A DNA stretch of 63,742 nt, filler included, from Folioceros fuciformis (taxonomy: Eukaryota), in the NCBI GenBank assembly GCA_049999805.1. It is 9 parts of 9 records of this genome, joined end to end, with 100 filler letters (N's around TTAATTAATTAA, not from the genome) between each part and the next. Parts side by side here need not be neighbours in the genome. Positions count along the whole stretch, not along the records: positions 46,924 to 50,337 come from JBNGIO010005106.1; positions 50,438 to 56,669 come from JBNGIO010005107.1; positions 56,770 to 61,872 come from JBNGIO010005108.1; 6 more parts are not named here. One strand, given 5' to 3'. The number at the start of each line of letters is the position of its first letter. Within the stretch, counting starts at the first letter, position 1. The position numbers and the translations under genes are program-made. Below, in pieces: positions 49,363 to 61,972 of the stretch. The notes beneath the pieces were generated by a model, which saw only the letters and a program-made list of their open reading frames with translations, was not told where the DNA came from and did no database searches.

Positions 49363-50337
49363 TGTTGAGTTATCGAGCTCTATATGAGCTAAACTCATGT
49401 GGTGTTAGTTATCCCAGTTGAGTTCATACTAGACTAGTTCTAGTTATTAGTGAACTTAGGATAGTGTAGATTATCCCATATTGAACCTGGAAGTTGTGTA
49501 GCCCTAAATGTACTACTTAAATGGAGACCTCGGACCTCCATAGTAAGACAGTGGTGATGTGTATTGTTTTCATGGTTGTGATCACCAATACCACCCTCTC
49601 TTCTCTCCTCTCCTCTCCTACACTTGCACGTAGATTGGAGTCGATCCTATTGACATGGTATCAGAGCCCGGTGCAGGCGGTGCAAGATCGGCCAGAAGCT
49701 AGAGCAGCTACGAGAAGTTGAAGCTAGAGCAGCTACGAGAAGTTGGAGCAGCTTGGAGGGAGATCGGCAGCAAGCGTCCCGGCAGCTAACTCTCATATCG
49801 GTGTGTGCAGGAAGTGAGGAGAAGGGCGACAAGGCCCTGTCAGCTTACTGGACTAGCTGTTGATCCCCAGAGCTCTGTGGAAGGGCTGACAAGTGGAGGC
49901 AATAGCTGCAATAGCCTCAGCAGCTGCAAGAAAGTGTGCTAACCCTATCTTGGCAGCAGGGAAGGAATTGACAGGAAATCTCACGGGAGCTTTGTGGGCA
50001 GACAGTCAAGAGTCTGTAAGGACACGGAGCTTGAGACAATCTGGTTCACGCAGGGCAGCGTGATTCCGCACCAGATTGCTCTTAGGAAGAAGAGACTTAA
50101 GGTCTTGTGAGTAAAACTCTAGTCAGAAGCAGTCTGGTTCTTTCAGACATTTATCAGGTGTGAGTACTCAAGAAAGGATTGAGTGTCAACCTTGAGTGGT
50201 GGCAAGAATGGCCAGTGACAGTATTAACCAGATCGTATAGGAGAAGCTGGACAAAAACAACTTCCATGCCTGGAAGTTTCGTTTTACAAACTTTCTTATG
50301 GGAAAGGGTTATTGGGACTACATTGAGGGGGAGCATG
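49363..50337 (+). mobile_element. Ty1/copia 5' end: LTR 49363-49655, tRNA-Met PBS 49656-49667, gag start at 50208 (with an early stop)
   Basis: TGTTG...TGACA then TGGTATCAGAGC; MASDSINQIV*EKLDKNNFHAWKFRFTNFLMGKGYWDYIEG. Confidence 0.88.
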
Positions 50338-50989
50338 NNNNNNNNNNNNNNNNNNNNNNNNNNNNNNNNNNNNNNNNNNNNTTAATTAATTAANNNNNNN
50401 NNNNNNNNNNNNNNNNNNNNNNNNNNNNNNNNNNNNNCCTTTCCTGGCTGTTCCTGGCTCCCCGAGCTACCGGACCTGAGTCTATAATCCTTGTACTACT
50501 GATGAGTCTGCTTGTCCCCTTCATGGCCCTTAATGGTAAGAGACTAATGAATGGATCCCAAGTGACTGCAGCACTGATGGTATCCTCGTCCGACCAACCA
50601 GATCAACTCGAGGTGCAGCTATCTCCTCTCTTACTCCTGATCCCATGCGATCCGCAAGAACTGCCTTTGCCTGACCCAAGGCTTCCTAATGACAAAGAAT
50701 GATATGCCCGCTTGCTTGCTTTCTGTTCGCCTTGTTCCCCCTTTCTTCAGTTCCAGCATGGTGTACGCTAGTTTCTCTCCGTTAAGGGATGAGATAGAAG
50801 TAGAGAATGGGACACCGAGGACTGGGAAGGTGCAAGCTACTTTCCTCTCCGTGAAGGGGTGACACAGAAGTAGAGACTTATACCTTGGACTGGGATGGTG
50901 CAAGCTTGTTTCCTCTCCGTGAAGGGGTGACACAAAAGTAGAGATTGGGACACCTTGGCCTTCCCAGTCCCTATCTCGACTCTCTGGTG

Positions 50990-52138
50990 GACAGCCTCGT
51001 ACTCTATGAGACGTTCCATTCAACAGAATCTTGAATATGTGCCCCAAGGTCTCACAACAAGGATCCAAAGGTTTAGCTACACAGAGTCTTCCCCCATCCT
51101 ATTGTTGGAGTTTCGAGACGGTCATCATCATCCCTGCTCTAGTCTCCTTCAACCATTTATCAATCTTGAGAGACCCTATTGAAAGCTGAAGGTGTATGTT
51201 TGGAGATGTGAAAAGTTGCCCTACATCCCGAGGCCATGTCTGGAGATGTGAAAAGTTGCCCTACATACCAAGGCCATGCTGGGTTTGCATCTTCGTATAA
51301 GTAGAAACCCATAGAGGTGGAATCTGAGAATTGCTTCATGAGAGCATCTGAAGTGTTGTTGTACATGAGAATTGCTTCATGAGACTAGTTGTCAAGAGTG
51401 GAGCATTGCTTCATGTGAGCAGCTGTCAAGAGTGGAGCAGCTAAGGGAGGCAATTGACTAAAAGAGAGCAACTAAGTAGGGCAGCTAAGTAGGGAATCCT
51501 GATCACAAGACATACATTATCTCTTAGACCTATTGTCCCGCACCTAATTTGACCAGAATCCTTCTTTCACTACGTTATGTTCAATTGCGGCTGCTGGCAT
51601 TGGGATGGAAAACGTTAACAAAGAGCTTGCCCACATATTTGCACCCTTAGCACCACATGTCGAGGTGAGCAAATGTTCCCACAACCTACAAATATAGATT
51701 ACAAGATTTCGTCTTAACTCTCTTTCATAATATTCAATTCCTACATAAAATGTTAAGCTAACTGACACTGGATTACACTATTTTTTATCATTCATAGAAT
51801 GAAATACAAACATGCTTTTGAATCCAAATCCTTGGGTACAATGTATGATTAATAACAATGCATTGCGATGCTACATACAAAGTGGCATAGTAAAGCAAAC
51901 CTATTATATTTCATACTCCTAATCTTTGAGAATCAACAATCTACAACAAGCTCCTTATCCTTGCACTTCAATATGCATTCATCACAAAGTACAACAAGCC
52001 CCTTATCCTTGCACTTCAATATGCATTCATTGAAAAGCCACGCTGTTTTCTTATCTTCCATGTACATATCTCACTCGTGTCAACCAAATAACTCCCACAT
52101 TCAGCTATGACATTGAAGGGACTTAGAGAAGCTCTTTC
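50990..52138 (+). repeat. Diverged direct repeat of 54061-55256, including a degenerate copy of the last ~50 codons of the TRN1-like gene
   Basis: Shared blocks such as GGTCTCACAACAAGGATCCAAAGG, AAGTGGCATAGTAAAGCAAACCTATTA and GAGAAGCTCTTTC. Confidence 0.85.
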
Positions 52139-52770
52139 TCCTTTCAGGCGTCCCGACTTCAACAGCAACAACAAGCTTGGAGACTCGGACAAACACGTCA
52201 CCGGATTCCTGAACTCCTCACGCAAGCATGGCAGATGGAGTGGTTCAGACGAATGTGCTCTACAGTGACACGGCTTGAGACTTGGATCCTTTCGAACTTG
52301 TTTCCTCCCCTCTCGCGATCGGCTGGGCCTGGACATAAGCAGCACCAGACAACGACGCAAAACCATCGGAAATGGAGCTTTCTTTTTCATCGCATCCTTG
52401 AACGAAACACCTCTTGTCGATCGGTCGTCTCGGCATCGAACCTCGCAGGTCGAGGTACTAGGGATACATACAGAAGGAAACTTTACGAACTTAACGGCAT
52501 ACGCGCTTGATTTCTTTTCACGTAAGACAATTGCTAGTCTTAAGTAACCACCAGGCGATGAGGTGCAGCCCCGAGGTGACAGCAGCGCCAACACCATTGG
52601 CCACACCATATCACAGCCTATCCGCCACAAGTGATGGAAAACCGGGCATCCTTTCGTCATCCGTGGACAGTCGCTTCTCGCTGCTCTGCCTGCTCCACCC
52701 GCCGCGACTCAAGAGACCGGGAAGTGAGGAAGAAGGCGGGAGCAAGGAGTGGAGGCGGGAGGATTCAGCG

Positions 52771-53425
52771 ATGGCGGCTACCACTGCACTTTCCACCTCG
52801 GTGGCGGCTTCTCTTGCAACGCGCGACTTTCAGGGCCTCAAGGCCTCCACCAGCTTCAGCACCAAATGCAGCGTGGTAAGTCGAGTCTCCTGCTGGAGAC
52901 CGTATTTGAATTCCTCGAAGCACTTCTCTGCCTGACGGAGGAACATGACCCTGCGTCGTTGCCGTGACCTCGTTTCTTAATGGCCAGCCTATGCTGTCCA
53001 CCAAAAGCGTCAAGGGGAAAGGAGCTCTCGGCGTGAGGGCGGACTACATCGGTTCTGCCACTAACTTGGTGAGACTTTTGGTGCTGCGCAAGTACGAATG
53101 CGAGCTGCATTCTGGAGATTCAACGGGTTGCGTGCGGATTCCTTATGTCTTGATTTTGCGGGTTGTTCAGTGACTTTCTCTTGTGTTGCTGTTGCAGATT
53201 GTTGTAGGATCCACCACTTTGTTCTTGATAGCTGGCCGCTTTGGTCTGGCCCCCTCAGCCAACAGGAAGTCCACAGCCGGGCTGGCCCTGGTGGAACGGG
53301 ACTCCGGCCTGCAGACCGGCGACCCCGCGGGCTTCACTGGCACCGACACCCTGGCTTTCGGTGCCTTGGGTCACATCTTTGCTGTAGGACTAGTCCTGGG
53401 CCTGAAGGCAGTCGGCGGCCTTTGA
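52771..53425 (+). CDS. psaK: Photosystem I subunit K precursor, 137 aa. Exons 52771-52875, 52988-53068, 53198-53425
   Basis: Ser/Thr/Ala-rich transit peptide; [38 protein letters not shown]...[23 protein letters not shown]; two phase-0 GT-AG introns. Confidence 0.96.
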
Positions 53426-54460
53426 TTGTACATCTTCTAATCCTAAGGAGTGTTTATTTTCCATTTTCATCGTCCGGACAATTCCGATTGCCATCTCGTG
53501 TCTGTCCCTTCACCTTGTTTCCTCTTTCCCTAGCTCCCGCACGGTGCAAGCCAGTTTCATCTCCATTAAGGGGTGACAGAGAAGCGAAAACCGGGACATA
53601 TTGGTCTTACCACCCCTCCCTCTACGCTCTGGTGGATTTGGGCTGCCAAGATTTGACGGAGGATTCGTCGAGTTCATCACTCTGCTTTGAAAGAAACAAG
53701 ATTCGGGTATGGATCGCTTTGGTGACCTAGTTCCTTCTACTGCAACATCAATGGACAAGGACACCAAGTGCCTTGAGCTTTCCGTCGCAGCAGACCTTAG
53801 GCCTTCTTCGTCCGTGTTCAGCTTGTATGGACGACGGCTAAACCGGAATGCCAAAAAGACTACAAGGATCAGATTATGAGCCTTGGCACTGCCGTACGCC
53901 ATCTTCTAAAGCTGATACCATCCCAACCGACTGCAAGAAATGACACAATCGGACCCTGCACTTTGGATACCTTTAATACTATTGGCTGTTGAATCACAGT
54001 GAGCTGGGTAGACATCTTGCCAAGCCATAGTTGAGGTCATTCAAGTACCAGGCCTGCAATGACAGCCTCATTCTCTATGACATGTTTATTTCAGGAGGAT
54101 CATGAATATGTGCCCGAGGTCTCACAACAAGGATCCAAAGGTTTTGCAACACACAGCCTTCCCCATCTTATTATTGTTGGAGTTTCGAGATGGTCATCAT
54201 CGATGGCCTCCAGCTCTTGTCTCCTTGAACCATTTGTCAATCTGCAGCGAGCCTATTGAAAGCTGAAGGTGTATATTTGGAACCGCAGTGCATCTCGAGG
54301 CCATCTCGGCTTGGCATCTCCATATAAGTAGAAACTTAAAGAGGTGGAAGAATAGTCAGTCCAGATAACCACCTCTGAACTGTTGCTGCACATGAGAAAT
54401 GCTTCATGTGAGCAACTATAGGGATCGGAGCACATGAGAGACGCAATAGTTTGAAAGGGA

Positions 54461-54825
54461 GCAACCGAGAAGGGAATCCTGAGCACAAGACATACGTTAC
54501 CCTCTTAGACCTACTGTCCCGACACCGCCACGCCCGTGATCTAACCGAATCCTTCTTTCACTGCGTCACGTTTGATTGGGAGTGCTGGCATCTGGATGGA
54601 AAACGTCAACAATCAACTTGCCCACATATCTGCACCCTTAGCAACCGAGCATGGAATCCTGAGCACAAGACATACGTTACCCTCTTAGACCTACTGTCCC
54701 GACACCGCCACGCACGTGATCTAACCAGAATCCTTCTTTCACTACGTCATGTTTGATTGGGAGTGCTGGCATCTGGATGGAAAACGTCAACAATCAACTT
54801 GCCCACACATATGCACCCTTAGCAC
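54461..54825 (+). repeat. ~180-bp tandem duplication (2 copies)
   Basis: GAGCACAAGACATACGTTACCCTCTTAGACC... at both 54481 and 54661. Confidence 0.92.
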
Positions 54826-55102
54826 CGCATGTCGAGGTCAACAAATGTTCCCACAACCTACAAATATGGATTTAGGCTTCCGTCTTCACTCTCTTTCATA
54901 ATATTCAATTCATAAAATATTATGCTAACTAACATTGGATTACACTATTTCTCATCCTCATTCATAGAATGAAATACAATCATAGTTTTGAATTCAAACC
55001 CTTCATTATAATATATGATTAATAGCAGTGCATAGCAATGCTACATATAAAGTGGCATAGTAAAGCAAACCTATTACATTTGATACTCCTAATCTTCGAA
55101 AA

Positions 55103-56626
55103 TCAACAATCTTCAACAAGCCTTTTATCCTTGCACTTGAATCTGCATTCACCACAAAGCCATGCTGTTTTCTTGTCTTCCAAGTATCTCACTCGCGTCA
55201 ACTGAAATAATTTCCACATTTCGTTGCGAGATTGAATGGACTCGAGAAGCTCTTTCAACCCTCCATCCATGGCCACTTCCCCATCATTCCTATCCGTGGC
55301 TTCCATTAGCACCAATTCACTATTGGCCAACATGGATTCTGTCCCTAATGCAAGTCCTTTCATGTCATTTGGTATGTCTATCCCAGCAGCGACATGAAGC
55401 CCTACTTTGACTAGGAAAAGGAACATCTTGGCACCATTCACCGAAAGCTTGCGAATCCACTTACAATTTTTCTCATCTACAACCATAGCATAGCCAGGTT
55501 GTCCTTGCACAACGTGATTCCCGCCCCTCTCTTCACACATGAGGCATAGACGAACCACACCAACTTGAACCAAAGCTTTTAGCATTTCTACGACAGACAC
55601 ATTATCACGAGAAATGTAAGGACGACAAGGTAGTGTGGAGGAACTATGATACCCAATAATGTCACTCATGAGTGACTCCAATAAACCCAAAGTATCCCTT
55701 TTGAAATTTGTTAGCTTCACTTCACTACACTTGATGGCCCTCAACATCTCCTCTTTATTGCAATCTAATTTTCTCATTAGCTCCATATGTTGTCTTGTTC
55801 CCTCCTGGTGATGCATGACTTGGTTGTCCTTGATATTCTTCACATCGTTGTGCATATTCTTCAACGCATATTCAATGCCTTCCAATCTTGTTCCACCCAA
55901 AAGATCAGAACGACACCTTACAAAAGGAGAACTTGTTGAAGTCACACTTGCAGAAGGATCTTTTGACTTTGAGCTCGTAATTGTCTCACCATCACCATCA
56001 CCTCCACCTACACCTTTTTGCTTGCCATGTGTAAGATCATCCGCCGTTTTCAATATGGAATGATGTTGATCCTCATGAAACTTAGCATTCTCCCACACTA
56101 TCTTGTTCAAGTCTTCTGCGTCCAAAAGTTCTACTATGGCATTGGATGTCACATGTGGCACATGTCCAGGAATTTCAGGCCAATAATATATACGATCCGA
56201 TATGTTGCTCATAGTAAAGTATCCTTTCCCGCACTTCACATCTTGCTTTTCATCTAGAAGACAATCTCTATAATCCTTTTCCAACCATGCTTGCCCATGT
56301 CTATCATTGCAAGGTATCAAGTTGCGTACACAATAGGGATTGATGATACCTTGCACCAATGTAACTCCCGGGCAACCTTTCGGTGAAGCACAAAAAGCTC
56401 TCAACCCGTCAAGAATGTGATCTTTCACAAATGCATTAGCCCAACTTAGACTTTGTCTTGATCTGATGAGTACTTCGACGTAATCACCAATCAAGTCTCC
56501 ATCACTCAATTCTATCAAAATATCGATGTTGTCACAAGCCATTGAGATAAGATTGTAACCAAACTTGTATTGATGATCCTTCATTCCAAGGTTGGGCTTA
56601 GAAAAGAGATAATTTCGTAAGACCAC
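55103..56626 (-). CDS. Terminal exon of a TORNADO1-like/plant Roco (C-terminal of Roc) protein
   Basis: 507-codon open frame after a GTTGTAG acceptor at 56627. C-terminal LPCRPY...RLCLMCE...HVVQGQPGY...LTRVRY...AWLCGEC recalls TRN1-like proteins. Family call is from memory of motifs. Confidence 0.7.
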   Translation of the reverse strand: MVLRNYLFSKPNLGMKDHQYKFGYNLISMACDNIDILIELSDGDLIGDYVEVLIRSRQSLSWANAFVKDHILDGLRAFCASPKGCPGVTLVQGIINPYCVRNLIPCNDRHGQAWLEKDYRDCLLDEKQDVKCGKGYFTMSNISDRIYYWPEIPGHVPHVTSNAIVELLDAEDLNKIVWENAKFHEDQHHSILKTADDLTHGKQKGVGGGDGDGETITSSKSKDPSASVTSTSSPFVRCRSDLLGGTRLEGIEYALKNMHNDVKNIKDNQVMHHQEGTRQHMELMRKLDCNKEEMLRAIKCSEVKLTNFKRDTLGLLESLMSDIIGYHSSSTLPCRPYISRDNVSVVEMLKALVQVGVVRLCLMCEERGGNHVVQGQPGYAMVVDEKNCKWIRKLSVNGAKMFLFLVKVGLHVAAGIDIPNDMKGLALGTESMLANSELVLMEATDRNDGEVAMDGGLKELLESIQSRNEMWKLFQLTRVRYLEDKKTAWLCGECRFKCKDKRLVEDC

Positions 56627-57462
56627 CTACAACAAGGAAACACGAGGAGTGAATGCAAGTAGCTACACTNNNNNNNNNNNNNNNNNNNNNNNNNNNNNNN
56701 NNNNNNNNNNNNNTTAATTAATTAANNNNNNNNNNNNNNNNNNNNNNNNNNNNNNNNNNNNNNNNNNNNACATATCTCCCTATAATCAAGGGAAATGCGA
56801 AGCTCTGAACACTTAGCCTCTGGTATTGTTGAAGATCTGTTTCGCCGACCTCGTCAGTGATCTAAGGGAGTTTCGATCATGAACTTCGACACCGGCTTGC
56901 GATTAAAGCTCAACCGCTGGCTTGGTGTTTGTCTTGAGCTTGAACACTCTTGATTGCAACGCCCCTCTTCATTGACATTCATGGAATCGTTCACTTCCTA
57001 CATCCGTGTTCCAGTATCTAGGCCCCAACCATCTGCGCCACTCCCTCCTGAGAATCTACAGACATCGGCGTTTTCCCTTAGAGGTGTTGTCTTCATCACT
57101 GCGCCTACAAATGGGTGTTGCGGGCTTGACGGGCTTAGACAACTATGAATTTCGTCCAGAAGACTAAGTCAATTTTGCGACGACCTCAACTCATTAGATT
57201 GATGTCTGCAAGGATGGTCTCCTAGAGTTAAGAATCATCCATGCATGAGTAATACATAAGCAAATCAAATTCATCTGAAACCACGAACGCAACGCAACGT
57301 TCGTTCTTTCAAACCTTCGTCGCTGCTATCGTCACAGAACTTCTCATCACCGCGACACAATGATAAAGGTTTGTTGGCCATGGAAGCAGAAAAGAAAGTA
57401 GGTTGAGTATCAACTTCAGCTGGACTTGCTTTCAAATCTACAACGTTGTAACGGCGCCAAAA

Positions 57463-58797
57463 TGTGGAGTGATTTCTTGCACACCCAAGAACCACCAAGG
57501 GGCCACACTTCCCCTTATTATCGTTGCAGTCTTATGATTCGCTCCCAAGGGAGTGAACTAATGTCAAGGTTACCTACATCTCCCTAATCTCACCCTATCT
57601 ATCAGCATATACCAAGTGCTACAGCAATAGGTCAGAATTCTCGGTCCTGTCTTCGGCTCCTACCACAACACCAACCCTAGCCTCAACAAAATGAGAACTC
57701 CAGCATTGTCTTCAGCCCTCGTTTCCAACTCCAAGTATCAATCACTTCAGTGCTGAGAGGAGGCTCTAGCCCCAAGTCTGGCCTCCAACTCTCAGCACCT
57801 AGTGCTAGCTACCTCCACAGCTGAACGAGAACCTCAACTTTAGCTAGCTCCTCACTCCAGCTTCAACACTTCATTCCACCACTTCAGCACTTCACCCCAG
57901 CATTTCAATCCTTCACTTCAACACTTCAGTCCTTCACTTCAGCACTTCACTTCACCCTCCAGCCCCTCACTTGAGCTCAACTCCTCACTTCAACACTTCC
58001 ACTTCCAAAATGTGCAACTCAACCCTTCTCTCCTGCAATTTGGAACATAACAACCTTCCCTCTTGCAACCTTCCCTTCAAGGCAGAGGCGAGGCCTAGGG
58101 CTGGGTAGCCTCCTTGGCTCACGGCCCTACAACCTCACCTCAACCAGCATGCAAGGTGGTCAGCCATTGCGGATCTGGCCACACGAATCTTGGCAGCCTT
58201 GGGATCCTCCACGTTCCCCTAGTGGCAAGGGAAATCAAGACCTTGGTTTAGTCTCAACCAGCTCAGCGCCCTAAGCCAAGAGTTTTGCACCCAAGGTCCA
58301 GGGAAATCGCACCGTAGACAGCCCCCTCCTCAATGGCAAATCTAGCCTCTTATACTATCTTGGCCCAAACCTCCATCTCTATCTATTAGGGTTAGCCTCA
58401 GTCAACCACCCAACAATCTCTCTCTGACCTAAGCTGCCCCTAATTCTGACCTAAACCTAACTCTGACCTAACCCTAACTTTGACACAAACCTAGTTCTGA
58501 CCTACTAGGGGTTGTGTCCCATGGACACCACTGGGTGCCCTTACCAAAATTGACCAACCTCTCAAGACTACCAAAATGGTCAGTGCCTCTCAACACTCTC
58601 CCTCCTCTCTCAAATCATTCCATCCCTTCTCTCATATCATTCCAGCAACCCTTCAAAGACGCGCCTCACCTCACCATTAATCTAGCTACTAATCTAACCT
58701 AATCTTTTAACCATTTCGCCACAGGGTTCACTTAGAGATTCCCAAAAAGAGAAATCCTACCATTTTCCAAGGACCTATTCAGCATGTGGAGTCCACA
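57463..58797 (-). repeat. Probable ~1.3-kb LTR of an Athila/Tat-type element, with PBS TTTTGGCGCCGTT (~57449-57462) and PPT-like GGTTGAGGGG (58798-58807)
   Basis: TGTGGA...TCCACA inverted termini; internal CACTTCA and CTCTGACCTAA micro-repeats. Confidence 0.6.
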
Positions 58798-58847
58798 CCC
58801 CTCAACCAAGTCCCAAAGCGCTGGTGTTTAATGCAATGTGAACGTTA

Positions 58848-58988
58848 GAGCAAAAATAGAACTAGCTCTTCAACGAGAATCACCGCTTGATACGACCCTG
58901 ATCACGCTAATTCAATTTGAGCGTTTGAGCCAAAATAGAACTAGCTGTTCAGGAAGAGTCGCCGCCTGATACGACCTTGATCACGCTA
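58848..58988 (+). repeat. Two imperfect direct repeats, 79-bp period
   Basis: GAGC(A/C)AAAATAGAACTAGCT...GATACGACC(C/T)TGATCACGCTA twice. Confidence 0.85.
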
Positions 58989-59417
58989 TAAATGCATTGG
59001 CGGTCGGCAACTTTGGATATTCTTTTTTAAGCTGCACAATAACTTTTTGAATTTTGTCTTGCACAAATCCATTGCATGGGCACTTCGTCTACAACATTTT
59101 CCTTCTCCAGTAAAGACTACGTGCATTTCAACTCTCCATATTTTTGGTTGCACAACAATGGCAGGTAGTCGTCGGAGCAACAAACTACTGCTTGTGGATA
59201 GGGATGTCGAGGTGCTTCCCCAATTACGAAAGCAAAGGCAAGCCAGCAAAGCAACTGCGCAAGTGTCGTCTGGTCACTACATTGAAAGAGATGGACATCG
59301 ACCTCCACTACCCGCTGGCGAAGAGGCTTCTCCCAATGCCCAGACCGCTAGAGGAAGAAAGGATAACTGAGGTGGGAGCGTGAGAGCATCCAATTCAAAA
59401 GCAAGCGAAGGGCCCAT

Positions 59418-59708
59418 TGAAGGATCGCTAGAGGAGCCACATGGTGAAGAAGGAGAGGAGGAAGCAAGGAGGAGAGGAGAAAGAGAGGTCTCACACTGTC
59501 GCAATGTCTATATTGCAAGGGAGCTCAAGGGGGTATTTATACCCTCTAGAAGAGCTCCCAAGGAAGCTTCACAAGAAGCGCATTGGAAGCTGCGCAAGAA
59601 GCTTCCTACATATTAGCTTAAGCTAATGTAAACAAATGATACTTAACTAGACACTAATCTTAGACTAAACACATTAGTCTAAGCACATTGGGCTTTAATA
59701 ACCCTACA
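59418..59708 (-). mobile_element. Solo LTR of the 24809 copia family with 5-bp TSD CCCAT
   Basis: Reverse complement aligns to 24809-25185 but has one 45-bp unit; CCCAT at 59413-59417 and 59709-59713. Confidence 0.9.
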
Positions 59709-60259
59709 CCCATGAACCATATTCCTATGAATGTGAATCAAGGTGGCAATACAGGAGGAAGTCAGAATTACAACATTTCGAATGCCTACAACTTTGTGGA
59801 GAGATTGAAACTGAAGAAGTTAGAAGACACTCTGGCCAAAAGATTCAACACTGATAAGGAATGGTTTTTGATAGCTAAAGATGAGCTTGATGACTTGAAC
59901 TTGCCGTGGATTCCTCTTGTTGCTTTGTGGCTGAATGGTTTTCAAGGCTTGGCGGAGGACGAAGCAGGAAGAGTAGGATGGATTCTTTGTGCGTCAGTGA
60001 ATGGTGTAGATGACGAAACTCACGTGAATTTCATCCTTACCCAACACCCATGTGGGGTTAAAATATGGTACCCGGGGGTACCGCGAGGTCCACACAAGCC
60101 CTCTATGTCGTTGTAGCTCTGGGATTCGATCCCAAGGGAATGATTCGTGCTAAACTACACGGGTTAGCTTCTAAAGTCAATTAGCACCCAAACTCGATTG
60201 ACCCACGCACATGCGTCCCGTGCTCGGTCCTTACCCAGTCCCCATAGCCTCTCACCCTC

Positions 60260-61872
60260 AAACTTCTGAGCCTGCTCCACAGCGGCTATCTCCATCTCTT
60301 GTGCCTTGGCCATTTCCTGTTGCAACTCCAGGTTAGTCTCGTGAGCCTCCCTCACCTGAGCTAGCAGGGCCCCCTGTTGCTCTTTCAGCGCCTGCACTTC
60401 CGCCCTCGCCTCGCGCGCCTCTTCCTCGGCTTGAGCCTTCTCCCTGTCCAAAACCCGCTGCTTCCCCTCCAGCAGTTGCCGCGCTGTCTCTGACTCCGCC
60501 AGTTGCCTTCTTACTTCAACCTCTCGCTCACGAGCCTCCTCTTCCTTTACCTGAGCCTTGGTTTCTCGCTCGGCTTGTACACTTAACCAGGTCAGGGCCC
60601 TAGCAGCCTGATCCAGGAGGTCTGCTTGGGCTTGTACCATTGCAGCAGTCAATCCGGGTAAGTCCACCTCCTGCACCCCTCCAGTGCCCATTCCTCTCGC
60701 TGTGATTTGTCTGCCCAGGAGTTCTCGCAACTTGTCCAGGTCCCCCACCTGCAACCTGTCTCTCTGAGGCCTGCACCTGAAAATGTCCTCCCACCCTGAA
60801 AAACCCTCCTGTGCTGTAACGTGCCCTAACTTATCTTCCTGTCTGGAGGAAACTGTGTCGGCTGTCATCACTTGATCCCATGGCTCCTCGGGTCTTGTCT
60901 CACCCTGACCTTGTTCCTCCAACCTTCGGTCCTCGATTCCCTGGACAACTGGTTCTTGTTCTTCCTCCTGTTGGCCTGTTTGCTCCAGGGCCGTCCCCCC
61001 TTCCTCCTGATCAGCCCCCATGCTCACTCCTGGTCCTCTGATCCTTTTCCTCCTGGTGGGAGCCTTCTTCTGTGGGGCCATCCTCTTCCTGGGCTTGGCT
61101 GGGGTTTCCTCCTGCGAGCTATCCCCACTGTCAGCTTCCCAACTGCTAGAGGCAGCCCTTACTGGCTCAGCGGGCTTCCACTTCACATCCCGAACTGGCT
61201 TCCACAGGTGCAGCGAGGCCAGCCTTTCTAGCTCAGTGACCACGTTAGCGTAACTGTACACGTGGATTAGAAACGGGGAAATCATAGAAGGTTCAGGGGT
61301 GGGTCGGATCAGGTTCTGCCTCTCCTCATCCATCCGGGTGTATAAAATCCTTCCCCAGTCGATCTTGGTGCCCTTCACTACTTCATGCACAAACAGGAGC
61401 ATCTGATCGGACAGATAATCCTGTTTGCGTACTCGGAAGAAGCTCAAGACTTTTTTTTTTTTTTTTTACAGCTGGGGACTTGCCATGTCGCGCACCAGCC
61501 ACCCGTTCGCTTCCTTTCTCGTGCCTGCCTTGAGCAGTGCTTTCGCCGCTCCCGTTTCGCCACGCCTCTTTAGGGACTCCAGCACCATCCCCCCTTCGTC
61601 CTGTTGGTCGACCCCGTAGACCCTCCTGACCAACTCCAAGTTCCATTCCTGGGGTCTGCCTCTGATCCCCTCCTTGCGTACGGGCTCTATCAGCCTCAGG
61701 GCGCACTCCCTGACCAGCTGAGGTGCTGCATGGTTCCACTTTTGGGTCATAAAAGTCAAACCCAACTCTGCCACCAATTTTCCTGCCCTGGCTCTCCAAT
61801 GCTCCATGTTGGGCCACAGAAGCAGGTCGATTTGGGGGACAGGAGGTCCCCTCTCCTGTCTAGAGGGTGCTG
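60260..61872 (-). pseudogene. Copy of the repeated coiled-coil ORF family, 3'-truncated, with a stop created by an A17 tract
   Basis: ORFs 61466-61807 and 60164-61447 are in the same frame and closely match 35040-36600. Confidence 0.87.
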
Positions 61873-61972
61873 NNNNNNNNNNNNNNNNNNNNNNNNNNNN
61901 NNNNNNNNNNNNNNNNTTAATTAATTAANNNNNNNNNNNNNNNNNNNNNNNNNNNNNNNNNNNNNNNNNNNN

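Noticed and set aside
52016-53730. Long ORFs overlapping psaK (52016-52660, 52507-52935, 53098-53730)
   Set aside because: Shadow or alternative-frame ORFs without motifs; the spliced psaK model explains the region.
57860-58010. CACTTCA-rich tract considered as telomere-like repeat
   Set aside because: Irregular, not TTTAGGG-type, and internal to a probable LTR.
59158-60116. Short ORFs around the solo LTR as a host gene
   Set aside because: Fragmented with no recognisable motif. Possibly a decayed gag N-terminus, but not supportable.
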